Source: an uncultured Planctomycetota bacterium
GTDB taxonomy: Bacteria > Planctomycetota > Planctomycetia > Isosphaerales > Isosphaeraceae
Assembly (NCBI GenBank): GCA_963823665.1
Contig: CAWGMQ010000006.1
Span: forward strand, 192,001-256,000
DNA: 64,000 nt
Direction of reading: 5' to 3'
Each line of letters opens with the position of its first letter. The first letter of the stretch is position 1. Under the pieces are notes generated by a model, which was not told where the DNA came from, ran no database searches, and worked only from the letters and a program-made list of their open reading frames with translations. The position numbers and the translations under genes were made by a program. Below are positions 32,162-41,697 of the stretch, piece after piece.

Positions 32162-33583
32162 CTACTTTTTAACCCCGCCCGCACCACTTTCGGAACCGGA
32201 CGCGAGAAACGCGATGATATCGCGCACAGCCGCGTCCCCGAGTTGGGCAGCCAACCCGACCGGCATGACGGACGTGCCGCTCGGCCGGATCTGCGCGATC
32301 TTTCCGCGGTCAATCAGCGTGGCTCGCGCATTCGTGTCCGTCACGCGGATTGCGGTCGGACCCTCGGCGCGAACCACACCCACCACAACCTGTCCATCCT
32401 TGGTCGCGATCGTGTAGGAGGTGTAGTCCGGCTCAATCGACGCACTGGGCGCGGCGATGCTGCGATAGATATCGGCCCGGCCTTTCTTGCCGATCTCAGT
32501 CAAGTCAGGTCCCACGGTGCCCCCTTGCCCTCGGAACGCGTGGCATTGCGAGCACCGGGCTCCTTCGCCCGAGAAAAGTGCCTGACCTCGCGCAGGGTCG
32601 CCACCCGAGAGATCCGGCAAGACCAGAGGCGCCTGCGCCGCGGCCTCCGGCGGCAAGGGCGCCCAGGGTACGATCACCTGGTCGCGCTCGATTGCGTGGT
32701 CTTTGCGGGTCTTATCCTCGGCCAGGCGGTAGGAAGCCTTGAGCACAAACGGGCGCCGGTCTCCGCCGGTCTGCACGCGAACCAAGAGGAACAACGGCTC
32801 GCCCTTCGCCTTCGGCTCGACGGCCAGCTCGACGCTGTTCAGCCCGTCGGGACCCTTGGCGGCGGCCGGCTCCCCCTGGCTCTCGCCGAGCGTGGCTTCC
32901 TCGATCGTGCCGGTCGATCGCAGTCGAAATGCCGCGGCTCCTGCGGGTAGACGCACGAGCGCAGAGAGCGTGAGCCGGCCCGGCTGCGCCAGGAGCGCCA
33001 GGCTCGCTTCGTGCGGCCGCGAGCCCTGCGTCAGGCGCCGAGTGGTCTCGAGGTCGAGCGAAGGCCACCAGCCCTGCGATTGAGGGTCGTCTCCGGCGTC
33101 GGCCGCCGCGGGGCTCCATCCCCATTCGACTCCAGAAAGATCATAAGCTGCTTCCGGTGCGCGCGCCCTGCCGGTATCGTCATTAACCCGAAGCGCGCCC
33201 AGCGGCAGGACATAACGCGCCTCGCGCGGATGCGGGTCCGTCGCGATGAATAACGTTCGCCCGGCGTCGCCCGTGCGGACATCCACGATCCGCAGAGCCC
33301 CTGCACGCCGCACTTGCTTGGCCGCCGTGGCGTTCTCAACTCCAGCGGGCGCGAAATAGGCGATGCTCTGGCCCACCAGCGTTTTCGCGCGGACCGGATC
33401 GACCGGCTCGTCGAATGCCGCGACCACATCGAGCGGCCCCGCGGGCCAGGTCGCGACGGGAGCCTCACCTCGCGTTCGTACGCTGGCTGCCGTTTGCGCA
33501 TTCGCCTCTTCCTTGCCCTGCACGAGAGCGATGAGCGCCACACTAAAGATCCACGAAATGGAGGCTGAATACGGTGAGTGCAT
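32162..33583 (-). CDS. Secreted c-type heme-binding protein (PVC CxxCH domain)
   Basis: GDPARGQALF...CSQCH...VGPDLTEIG...SIAAPSASIEPDY...SVMPVGL. Confidence 0.85.
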   Translation of the reverse strand: MHSPYSASISWIFSVALIALVQGKEEANAQTAASVRTRGEAPVATWPAGPLDVVAAFDEPVDPVRAKTLVGQSIAYFAPAGVENATAAKQVRRAGALRIVDVRTGDAGRTLFIATDPHPREARYVLPLGALRVNDDTGRARAPEAAYDLSGVEWGWSPAAADAGDDPQSQGWWPSLDLETTRRLTQGSRPHEASLALLAQPGRLTLSALVRLPAGAAAFRLRSTGTIEEATLGESQGEPAAAKGPDGLNSVELAVEPKAKGEPLFLLVRVQTGGDRRPFVLKASYRLAEDKTRKDHAIERDQVIVPWAPLPPEAAAQAPLVLPDLSGGDPARGQALFSGEGARCSQCHAFRGQGGTVGPDLTEIGKKGRADIYRSIAAPSASIEPDYTSYTIATKDGQVVVGVVRAEGPTAIRVTDTNARATLIDRGKIAQIRPSGTSVMPVGLAAQLGDAAVRDIIAFLASGSESGAGGVKK

Positions 33584-33781
33584 CAATCTCGAGCTGCCTT
33601 CGCCTGGCTGCGGTCAACAGGAATCAGTAAAACTCGACGGTCGTCTCATCCTATCCGCACGTCCACGTTGCAGACCAGGGCCATTGGCCCCGTGTTTTTT
33701 CGGAATTGACGCTTCCGGGCGATTGATCTAGATTCTGCGAACCTGCACGTCGCGACGCTGTAAAAACGAAGGGAGGGAGCC

Positions 33782-34326
33782 GTGGCCTGGCGCTGGAATG
33801 CGAGGCGGTTGATCGTTTCTGCGTTCGTCATCCTTCATCTCTCTGCGATCAGCCTGTGGACGATGCCTCCTTGCTTTATCAAGGGTCACCTCGAGCCCTT
33901 TTACAAATACTACGTGCTGCCGAGCGGCGTGTGGCAATGGTGGGCGATTTTCGCACCGATCCCGTGCGCGACACGATGGTCCTGGACGCCGAGATCGTCG
34001 ACGCCAAGGGAATGCGGCACATCCATGAGTTTCCACGGCTCGCCGAGCTTCCCTGGTGGCAGAAGGTCCCGCGGTATCGTCAGCCGAAGTTCACCGGCAA
34101 CATGGCCTCGCCCGAGTACTATACATCACGCAAGTTCGTCGCCCGCTACGCGGCGCGGCAAATGGATCTCAAGGCGGAGTCATTTCCGGTGTGGGTGAGC
34201 CTCTACTATCAGATCAAGGATACACCACCGCCGAGTGCGACGGCCGTCTCCGACCCGATGGCTCCCCCGCGCATCCATATGATCGAGCGGTTCGAGTTTG
34301 CTTCGATCGAGGAGGTGACGAAATGA
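33782..34326 (+). CDS. DUF5819/SdpA-like membrane-anchored protein, frameshift near 33960
   Basis: GGAGGGAG RBS; LIVSAFVILHL...YYVLPSGVWQWWAIFAP(D)P then VRDTMVLDAEIVD...YRQPKF; stop overlaps the HTTM start (ATGA). Confidence 0.6.
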
Positions 34327-35357
34327 ATCCCATCCGGGCATGGAATCGCCTGTTCTTCGCGCCGGTCTCGGCTCGCCCGCTCGGTGTCTTTCGCATCGTC
34401 TACGGCGTGCTCATGCTGATGTATCTGGGCTTGATGATCCCCGAATTCGACTTCTTCTACACCGGGGCGGGGCTGCTCCGAGGCGCGGAGTCGCGCGAGG
34501 CGGCCGGCCCGCTTCGTATTTCCGCCCTTCAGTTTACCGATAGCCCGACCGCGTCCTATGCCGTCTGGGCAGTAACCACGGCAGCAGCCGTTGGGCTCAC
34601 CCTCGGCTGGCGAACCCGGATCATGAGCGTGCTGCTCTATCTTGGTATGATCACTCTTTATCACCGAAACGTCATGTCCAACGGTGGCCCGGACGCGGTT
34701 CCCCTGCTGCTCAGCTTCTACATGATGTTCTGCCCGAGCGGGGCTGCCTGCTCGCTCGACGCCATGCGTGCCGCCCGCAAGCGCGGAACCGTTGCGGAGC
34801 CGCTGATTGTGCCCTGGGGAATGCGCCTCCTCCAGATGCAGATCTGCTTGATCTACTTCCAATCGTGCGTGATCAAGTGCCGGGGGCCCCTCTGGCTGGA
34901 CGGCACGTCGGTCCATTACGTGCTCTTCAATCGTGAGTTCGGCATGTTCAACCTGGAGTGGCTCGCGCAGTATCCCTTGCTGGTCAACATCATGACTCAC
35001 AGCGCCCTCTTGTTCGAATTCTCAGTGGCGTTCTGGCTCTGGTTCCGTCCCACCAGGCGCTGGGCGATCCTGGCCGGAATCATGCTGCACCTGGGAATCC
35101 GTCCGGTGTTGAATATTCCGGGCTTCGGCGAAGCGATGATTGCGACGTATTTGACTTTCCTGGCGCCGGACGAGCTTGACGCCCTGCTGCGACGCCTCGA
35201 CCCGCGGGCCGCGCTCGCTCGGTTAGCCTCGGTCTTCTCGCTCCCCAACTTATGGCCGGCCGGCCGCCAGGTATCGATACCCGCGCTGCAAAAGCTGGAG
35301 TTCCCACGCGACTGGGCCGAAGGCCGCTCCGGTGCCGAGCCGGTCGCGTTTGGTTGA
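34323..35357 (+). CDS. HTTM (vitamin K-dependent gamma-carboxylase-like / SdpB-like) membrane protein
   Basis: WNRLFFAPVSARPLGVFRIVYG, LGWRTR, HRNVMSNGGPD, SLDA, RLLQMQICLIYF...K..GPLWLDG, GIMLHLGI. Confidence 0.85.
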   Translation: MNPIRAWNRLFFAPVSARPLGVFRIVYGVLMLMYLGLMIPEFDFFYTGAGLLRGAESREAAGPLRISALQFTDSPTASYAVWAVTTAAAVGLTLGWRTRIMSVLLYLGMITLYHRNVMSNGGPDAVPLLLSFYMMFCPSGAACSLDAMRAARKRGTVAEPLIVPWGMRLLQMQICLIYFQSCVIKCRGPLWLDGTSVHYVLFNREFGMFNLEWLAQYPLLVNIMTHSALLFEFSVAFWLWFRPTRRWAILAGIMLHLGIRPVLNIPGFGEAMIATYLTFLAPDELDALLRRLDPRAALARLASVFSLPNLWPAGRQVSIPALQKLEFPRDWAEGRSGAEPVAFG

Positions 35358-35427
35358 AAATCGCCAGGAGTTCTCCGGCGCGACGCGGATCCTTCAGGAA
35401 CGCTTTCGCCGCAACCACAAAACCTCT

Positions 35428-35473
35428 CGTTCCCACGCTCCGCGCGGGAACGTCCCCCATGCCGCTCTGCGGC
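35428..35473. repeat. REP-like hairpins CGTTCCCACGC-TCC-GCGCGGGAACG and GCCGC-TCT-GCGGC
   Basis: 11-bp stem with one mismatch plus a 5-bp stem, just upstream of the first IS target. Confidence 0.65.
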
Positions 35474-35555
35474 GCAGAGCGCGCGAGTCCGCGCAAGCAA
35501 TCGCCGTTCCATTGTCGCCCTTCGCTCCGAGGCTGTGATTTTTTCGGCGTTGGGG

Positions 35556-35584
35556 TTGATTTTGTATAGTGTTCACGTTCTAAT
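35556..35584 (+). promoter_or_regulatory. Possible transposase promoter TTGATT-17 nt-TCTAAT
   Basis: Near-consensus hexamers at canonical spacing inside the IS left end. Confidence 0.4.
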
Positions 35585-35644
35585 ACCATGCATGTAGTCC
35601 GCCGCATGAGCCCCACGCAGCCCCGGTGTTGCAGGACGAGCGTC

Positions 35645-37009
35645 ATGACACTTCCTCTCTTTAGCCCAGAAGACTTGCCCGATCAGCCCTCTCCCGCCCA
35701 GGCTGCCCAGTCGATGCCAACTGGCAAGCCGCGGCTGCGGTGTCCCGTACGCGACCAGATCGAGATGCGCTGGGCATCGCTCGATGAATTGCTCGAGGCC
35801 GACCATCCGGCCCGGGTCGTCTGGGCGGCGGTCTGCAAGCTCGATCTGAAAGCCTGGCTCGGCGAGATCAAGGCCGTCGAGCGACATGTCGGCCGAGATG
35901 CCACCGACCCGCGCTTGCTGGTCGGATTGCGGGTTTTCGCCACATTGAAGGGAGTCGGCAGCGCCCGTGAAATCGAACGGCTGTGCGAAAAGAACCAAGG
36001 GAGTCTGCCGTACCAGTGGCTGTGCGGCGGCGTAACCGTCAACCACAGCATGTTGTCCCACTTCCTCGCTTGTGGGGGCGAGAAGTTGAACGAACTGCTC
36101 ACGCAGATCGTGGGCACCCTGCTCCATGCCGGGTTGGTGAAAATGGACCGGGTCGCTCAGGACGGAATGAGAGTGCGTGCCAGCGCGGGCAAGAGCTCGT
36201 TTCGTCGTCGCGGTAGCCTGGAGGAGTGCCTGAAAGCGGCGAAGGAGCAGGTTGAGGCGCTGAAGAAACTGGCCGAGGAGGACACAGCAGAGCTGACTCG
36301 ACGGCAGCGAGCGGCGCGGGAGCGTGCCGCCAACAAGCGACAGCAACGGATCGAAGAAGCGATGCGGCAGTGCGAGGAGCTGCAACGCGAACGTGACGAG
36401 TCCTACGGCCGCAAGGGGCGGGAAGCGCGTGCTTCGACCACCGACCCCGACGCGAGGATCATGAAGTTTCCAGACGGAGGATTCCGGCCGGGATATAACG
36501 TTCAATTCACAACAGACACCGAAAGCGGTGTGATTGTGGGTGTGGAGGTGACCAACGCAGGGAACGATGGCGAAGAACTTCCGCCCATGCTCGACCAGTT
36601 GGAGGAGCGTTACGAACGAATTCCGGATGAGGCATTGGTTGACGGTGGCTTCACGACCAAGGACTCGATCGATCAGGCGGCCCAACGCGGCTGCATCGTA
36701 TACGGGCCGATCAGAGACGAGAAAAAGAAACAGGCAAATGGAGAAGATCCCTACACCGCAAAGAAGGGCGACAGCGAAGCGGTTGCCGCTTGGCGGATCC
36801 GAATGGGGACCGAGGCCGCGAAGCTGATCTACCGGCTGCGAGGCCAAACAGCCGAGTGGGTCAACGCCCAGGCTCGCAATCGAGGATTCTGGTTTATGCC
36901 CGTGCGTGGCCAACCGCGTTGCCGCGCCGTCGCATTGTTGTTTGCAATTGCTCACAACCTGGTTGTCGCAGGGAGACTGCGCCCAGCGATGGGCAAACTG
37001 GCGGAATGA
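35645..37009 (+). CDS. DDE transposase (IS1182-like)
   Basis: DUF772-like N-terminus (LDELLEADHPARVVW...DPRLL...SAREIERLC), VAQDGMRVRASA, STTDPDARIMK...GYNVQ, LVDGGF, YRLRGQTAEWVN, IAHNL. Start could be 35588. Confidence 0.9.
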   Translation: MTLPLFSPEDLPDQPSPAQAAQSMPTGKPRLRCPVRDQIEMRWASLDELLEADHPARVVWAAVCKLDLKAWLGEIKAVERHVGRDATDPRLLVGLRVFATLKGVGSAREIERLCEKNQGSLPYQWLCGGVTVNHSMLSHFLACGGEKLNELLTQIVGTLLHAGLVKMDRVAQDGMRVRASAGKSSFRRRGSLEECLKAAKEQVEALKKLAEEDTAELTRRQRAARERAANKRQQRIEEAMRQCEELQRERDESYGRKGREARASTTDPDARIMKFPDGGFRPGYNVQFTTDTESGVIVGVEVTNAGNDGEELPPMLDQLEERYERIPDEALVDGGFTTKDSIDQAAQRGCIVYGPIRDEKKKQANGEDPYTAKKGDSEAVAAWRIRMGTEAAKLIYRLRGQTAEWVNAQARNRGFWFMPVRGQPRCRAVALLFAIAHNLVVAGRLRPAMGKLAE

Positions 37010-37301
37010 GCGGTACTTTGCAAAAAAGGGACAAAATAGGAAAGCGCGTTTGCGTCAACGGCTGGGCTATTGGAGAACTGGCGTGAATCGGCGGCACTAA
37101 CCGAGCGACCAAGCGGTGAATCACAGCCGACTAGGCCCAACGGCCGAGTTACCGCAACGCGGCCAAAAGATGACAGCCTCTCCGCGAAGGGTCACCAAAG
37201 TCTGGCAGCACCGGGTGGGGCTCCAGGCACGCTCTCGCTCCAGCCTGACACCGCGACTACAATCGAGTGCCACGAGTTTGCTTCATGTGGGAGTTCGTTC
37301 T

Positions 37302-37976
37302 GTGGCCGACATCTCTTCGCAAGATTTGAACGTTCCCCCGATCAAAACCGAGGAACAGCTCGTCGCGCAGTTGATCAAGCATCGGGACGAAATCCGCAAC
37401 GGAGCGGCGCTCTTCAACGGCGTGCCCATCAATTACGAAACCGAGCTCACTCGATTCGTGCGTGCGACCGGCTTCTTGCATTTGCGCATTCGGACATACT
37501 CGGGTTATCTCGTTGTTGACCAGGAACCACTCGAATCCCTTCGACGAACCTATATCGTCTCTTCCCTGATGTTGGGTTGGTGGTCCATCCCGTTCGGTGT
37601 GATCGATACGGTGAGCGCTGTCGGAACCAACATGAGGGGAGGAATACGATCTAAAGTCAGCGACCTGATCGGAGGAGACGACGTCGTCAAGCTCAGCAAA
37701 CGCGCGGCAGAAGCGGCGGTCAAACAGATGGCCGAGCGCGGATTTCCACCGGGCTCGGCGCTGCGGCTCGACGTGACCGGCAGAAAGAGGCCGCTCAAAT
37801 ATGAAATCACGTATGACGACGCGCCGCCGCTGGGCGGTCGCGACTGGATTATCGAATCGAACGGATTGACCATCCTCGTCTTCAGAAGGGACGCGCCTCG
37901 CGTCAAAGGGCTCACGGTCGACTTTCAACAGGGCGCATACACCTTCCACGAGGGCACGTTTGCCTCGCCCGAGTGA
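37302..37976 (+). CDS. Membrane-associated hypothetical protein with C-terminal HesB/IscA-like domain lacking cysteines
   Basis: GGGAG before GTG 37302; SSLMLGWWSIPFG segment; VKLSKRAAE...ALRLDVTG...YEITYD...D.IIESNGLTILV...GLTVDF. Confidence 0.55.
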   Translation: MADISSQDLNVPPIKTEEQLVAQLIKHRDEIRNGAALFNGVPINYETELTRFVRATGFLHLRIRTYSGYLVVDQEPLESLRRTYIVSSLMLGWWSIPFGVIDTVSAVGTNMRGGIRSKVSDLIGGDDVVKLSKRAAEAAVKQMAERGFPPGSALRLDVTGRKRPLKYEITYDDAPPLGGRDWIIESNGLTILVFRRDAPRVKGLTVDFQQGAYTFHEGTFASPE

Positions 37977-38027
37977 GGGCGTGATAATACATCCGGTGAG
38001 CCATTACGTTTGATCGGAGGGCCGGAC

Positions 38028-38564
38028 GTGGAAAAGCACCTCTGTCCGAACTGCAAGTCGTCGACCGTCGTCCCGGGCCAATTGTTGACTGGCGAGCTTT
38101 CTGGATTCTGGCTCTTCTCATCCCACACGAGCGGGCACGGAGTGAGTCTGACGGGGAGCTTCCTTTCCTGCTGGTCGTGCGGCCATGTCTGGACGAGTGT
38201 GGACCCAGCGAAACTGCGTGCCTGCATCGCGACGAATGGCAACGAGCTGATCAAGGAACAACTCGAGCCTTTCGCGCACGATCCGTTTTATGGCCTGCCG
38301 GATTTCCCTGAAGCGCACGTGGCCGCGAACGGCGTCGCCGAGATCGACAGTCTCGTTTTTGCAGGAAAGATTGTCGAGGCAATTCGCCGCTATCGCGAAC
38401 TGACCCATACGCCGTGGGGCCCGGCAGGTGACGACATCCGAGCCTGGCACAGCCTGAAACGTCCGCGCAAGCTCGCAATGTTCGGTTGGCACGAAAAGGA
38501 AGAAGCCATCGACAAGGAATCGTTTGCCAAAGACCCCATGCGCGACCGCTGGATTGACGGCTAA
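38028..38564 (+). CDS. Hypothetical protein with CxxC...CxxC zinc ribbon
   Basis: GGAGG RBS; CPNC...CWSCGHVW; KIVEAIRRYRELT; ends DPMRDRWIDG. Confidence 0.6.
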   Translation: MEKHLCPNCKSSTVVPGQLLTGELSGFWLFSSHTSGHGVSLTGSFLSCWSCGHVWTSVDPAKLRACIATNGNELIKEQLEPFAHDPFYGLPDFPEAHVAANGVAEIDSLVFAGKIVEAIRRYRELTHTPWGPAGDDIRAWHSLKRPRKLAMFGWHEKEEAIDKESFAKDPMRDRWIDG

Positions 38565-38768
38565 CGGTCGTCCGAGCCTCATGTCGGCGCGCAGAGAATA
38601 CGACGAGCCCGGACGACAACCCGCGTGTGACCACGGTCGTCAGCCCGTGGTTCAGACGGGAATGTGTGCCTCGCACGTAAGTGCGAGCTGTGCGCCAGGG
38701 GGCGCCACGTCCACGCCCCACGCCAGACATCATGCGTCACGTCCGAGCCGCGCAACGAAGCACACGGT

Positions 38769-39188
38769 TCAAGCGATTTCGAACACCCGATCCAGCCGCG
38801 TGAGACGAAACACCTCCAGCAAGCTCGGGCTGACCCCCCGAAGAATGAGCTTCCGCCTGAATGCTCGGGCTTCGCGCTTGAGGCTGATGAGCCTGCCGAG
38901 CGCCTCACTCGAGATGTCTTGAACCTCGCGGAAATCGATGACGAGCCGAGCCCCGATCAGTAATCCCGCCGCCTCGAACGCCGCATTCAATGACCCAGCC
39001 TCAAGTCGCGTGCCTTCGAGCAAAACCACCTGGGCATCGCCGTCTTCGCGGAGGTCAAACCAGATGAGATGCCCACACTCCGGACAGGGCGCGTCTCCGC
39101 CCGGAAAAGAAGGTTCGATCGCAACATCGGCCCCACAAACCAGGCACCGACCCGACCGGCCTTCAGGAGTTCTCGAAGAGATGGCCAT
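38769..39188 (-). CDS. Zinc-ribbon + STAS (anti-sigma antagonist-like) protein
   Basis: SRTPEG..CLVC...DAPCPECGHLIWF followed by LVIDFREVQDISSEALGRLI...LEVFRLTRLDRVFEI. Confidence 0.75.
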   Translation of the reverse strand: MAISSRTPEGRSGRCLVCGADVAIEPSFPGGDAPCPECGHLIWFDLREDGDAQVVLLEGTRLEAGSLNAAFEAAGLLIGARLVIDFREVQDISSEALGRLISLKREARAFRRKLILRGVSPSLLEVFRLTRLDRVFEIA

Positions 39189-39218
39189 CGATTCGCTCAC
39201 CTCGCATGATCGAGCACG

Positions 39219-39707
39219 CTACATGCGCGGCACAAACGGCTTCAATGCGAACTGGTAGGTGAGAAGGGCAACGATTGCCGCGTCTGCCAGCAACAGCGCG
39301 CGATCTCCGGCACGATTGACCCGCACGAGAAGGTGCGGCGTGACAAAGCAAAGCCCAAAAACAGCAGCCGGCAAGAGCACGGGAACGATTCTGTCGAACG
39401 TGTCGGCGCGCAGACTCAAGAACGACAACGTGATCACGCACGAAAGCGCGAATACGCTCGCGAGCTGAGCGGGCGTGTGTTTCCGAATTGCAAAGACAGC
39501 CAGCGAGCCCAGGATCATCCAGAGGAGAACCGCTGTCGTTACGTATTCCTCGACAAAGGCTGGGGCACCAAAAGTCGGAATGCTTGCATAGCACCTCTTG
39601 ATCTGCACAACGACCCCACACGCCCCCGCAATTGCCGTGACGAACAGGAGCAATGTCGCCAAACTGAAACTCAGTGATTCGGGCCGCTCGGCTTCCGTTG
39701 TGCTCAT
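39219..39707 (-). CDS. Hypothetical multi-pass membrane protein
   Basis: SFSLATLLLFVTAIA N-terminus and several hydrophobic segments; GGAGA RBS. Confidence 0.6.
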   Translation of the reverse strand: MSTTEAERPESLSFSLATLLLFVTAIAGACGVVVQIKRCYASIPTFGAPAFVEEYVTTAVLLWMILGSLAVFAIRKHTPAQLASVFALSCVITLSFLSLRADTFDRIVPVLLPAAVFGLCFVTPHLLVRVNRAGDRALLLADAAIVALLTYQFALKPFVPRM

Positions 39708-39870
39708 GGCTTTCTCCAACAGACCGTTCGCTGTGATACGTCGACGATCCCATCATAGCCGGATTCGCGACCGATTGTGATTGCCGACTCCACATGCCGG
39801 AAGAGGGACCTCAACTCGCCCGTGCGGGCCGAGTTCACCGAGTCAATCCGAATCGTTCGGGTCGGGCGAC

Positions 39871-39896
39871 CGTTCGCGGAGCGAAGGGCGACAATG
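39871..39896 (-). repeat. Unoccupied inverted copy of the IS-target palindrome (CATTGTCGCCCTTCGC-TCC-GCGAACG)
   Basis: Reverse complement matches the 19 bp left of both IS copies and shows a single TCC; lies 44 bp from the occupied copy at 39941. Confidence 0.85.
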
Positions 39897-39959
39897 AATG
39901 TTGCACGAAATCGCAGACGTTCGCTCGGCAAAGGCCCGGCCATTGTCGCCCTTCGCTCC

Positions 39960-41612
39960 GAGGCTGTGATTTTTTCGGCGTTGGGGTTGATTTTGTATAG
40001 TGTTCACGTTCTAATACCATGCATGTAGTCCGCCGCATGAGCCCCACGCAGCCCCGGTGTTGCAGGACGAGCGTCATGACACTTCCTCTCTTTAGCCCAG
40101 AAGACTTGCCCGATCAGCCCTCTCCCGCCCAGGCTGCCCAGTCGATGCCAACTGGCAAGCCGCGGCTGCGGTGTCCCGTACGCGACCAGATCGAGATGCG
40201 CTGGGCATCGCTCGATGAATTGCTCGAGGCCGACCATCCGGCCCGGGTCGTCTGGGCGGCGGTCTGCAAGCTCGATCTGAAAGCCTGGCTCGGCGAGATC
40301 AAGGCCGTCGAGCGACATGTCGGCCGAGATGCCACCGACCCGCGCTTGCTGGTCGGATTGCGGGTTTTCGCCACATTGAAGGGAGTCGGCAGCGCCCGTG
40401 AAATCGAACGGCTGTGCGAAAAGAACCAAGGGAGTCTGCCGTACCAGTGGCTGTGCGGCGGCGTAACCGTCAACCACAGCATGTTGTCCCACTTCCTCGC
40501 TTGTGGGGGCGAGAAGTTGAACGAACTGCTCACGCAGATCGTGGGCACCCTGCTCCATGCCGGGTTGGTGAAAATGGACCGGGTCGCTCAGGACGGAATG
40601 AGAGTGCGTGCCAGCGCGGGCAAGAGGCTCGTTTCGTCGTCGCGGTAGCCTGGAGGAGTGCCTGAAAGCGGCGAAGGAGCAGGTTGAGGCGCTGAAGAAA
40701 CTGGCCGAGGAGGACACAGCAGAGCTGACTCGACGGCAGCGAGCGGCGCGGGAGCGTGCCGCCAACAAGCGACAGCAACGGATCGAAGAAGCGATGCGGC
40801 AGTGCGAGGAGCTGCAACGCGAACGTGACGAGTCCTACGGCCGCAAGGGGCGGGAAGCGCGTGCTTCGACCACCGACCCCGACGCGAGGATCATGAAGTT
40901 TCCAGACGGAGGATTCCGGCCGGGATATAACGTTCAATTCACAACAGACACCGAAAGCGGTGTGATTGTGGGTGTGGAGGTGACCAACGCAGGGAACGAT
41001 GGCGAAGAACTTCCGCCCATGCTCGACCAGTTGGAGGAGCGTTACGAACGAATTCCGGATGAGGCATTGGTTGACGGTGGCTTCACGACCAAGGACTCGA
41101 TCGATCAGGCGGCCCAACGCGGCTGCATCGTATACGGGCCGATCAGAGACGAGAAAAAGAAACAGGCAAATGGAGAAGATCCCTACACCGCAAAGAAGGG
41201 CGACAGCGAAGCGGTTGCCGCTTGGCGGATCCGAATGGGGACCGAGGCCGCGAAGCTGATCTACCGGCTGCGAGGCCAAACAGCCGAGTGGGTCAACGCC
41301 CAGGCTCGCAATCGAGGATTCTGGTTTATGCCCGTGCGTGGCCAACCGCGTTGCCGCGCCGTCGCATTGTTGTTTGCAATTGCTCACAACCTGGTTGTCG
41401 CAGGGAGACTGCGCCCAGCGATGGGCAAACTGGCGGAATGAGCGGTACTTTGCAAAAAAGGGACAAAATAGGAAAGCGCGTTTGCGTCAACGGCTGGGCT
41501 ATTGGAGAACTGGCGTGAATCGGCGGCACTAACCGAGCGACCAAGCGGTGAATCACAGCCGACTAGGCCCAACGGCCGAGTTACCGCAACGCGGCCAAAA
41601 GATGACAGCCTC
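39960..41612 (+). mobile_element. IS1182-family-like insertion sequence, copy 2 (1653 bp)
   Basis: Same IRs; TCC direct repeat at 39957-39959 and 41613-41615; one extra G near 40626 relative to copy 1. Confidence 0.9.
40076..41441 (+). pseudogene. DDE transposase copy 2, +1 frameshift near 40626 (possibly a sequencing error)
   Basis: caagaggctcg versus caagagctcg in copy 1; ORFs 40019-40648 and 40608-41441 otherwise match copy 1. Confidence 0.8.
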
Positions 41613-41697
41613 TCCGCGAAGGGGCATGCATACCGAACGACGGCACACGCCTGCGGGCTCCACTTATCCTCAACGGCCGCAGCACCACTTCAGGCGG

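Larger units (their letters stand above)
35529..37180 (+). mobile_element. IS1182-family-like insertion sequence, copy 1 (1652 bp)
   Basis: Imperfect terminal IRs GAGGCTGTGATTTTTT / GAGGCTGTCATCTTTT (rc); flanking TCC direct repeat (35526-35528, 37181-37183); near-identical to 39960-41612. Confidence 0.9.

Noticed and set aside
35529..37180. IS110/IS1111 RNA-guided recombinase element
   Set aside because: The protein has DDE/IS1182-like motifs, terminal IRs and a target duplication, not the DEDD RuvC-like pattern.
40608..40648. Programmed frameshift in transposase copy 2
   Set aside because: Copy 1 is a single ORF; the difference is one extra G with no slippery heptamer.
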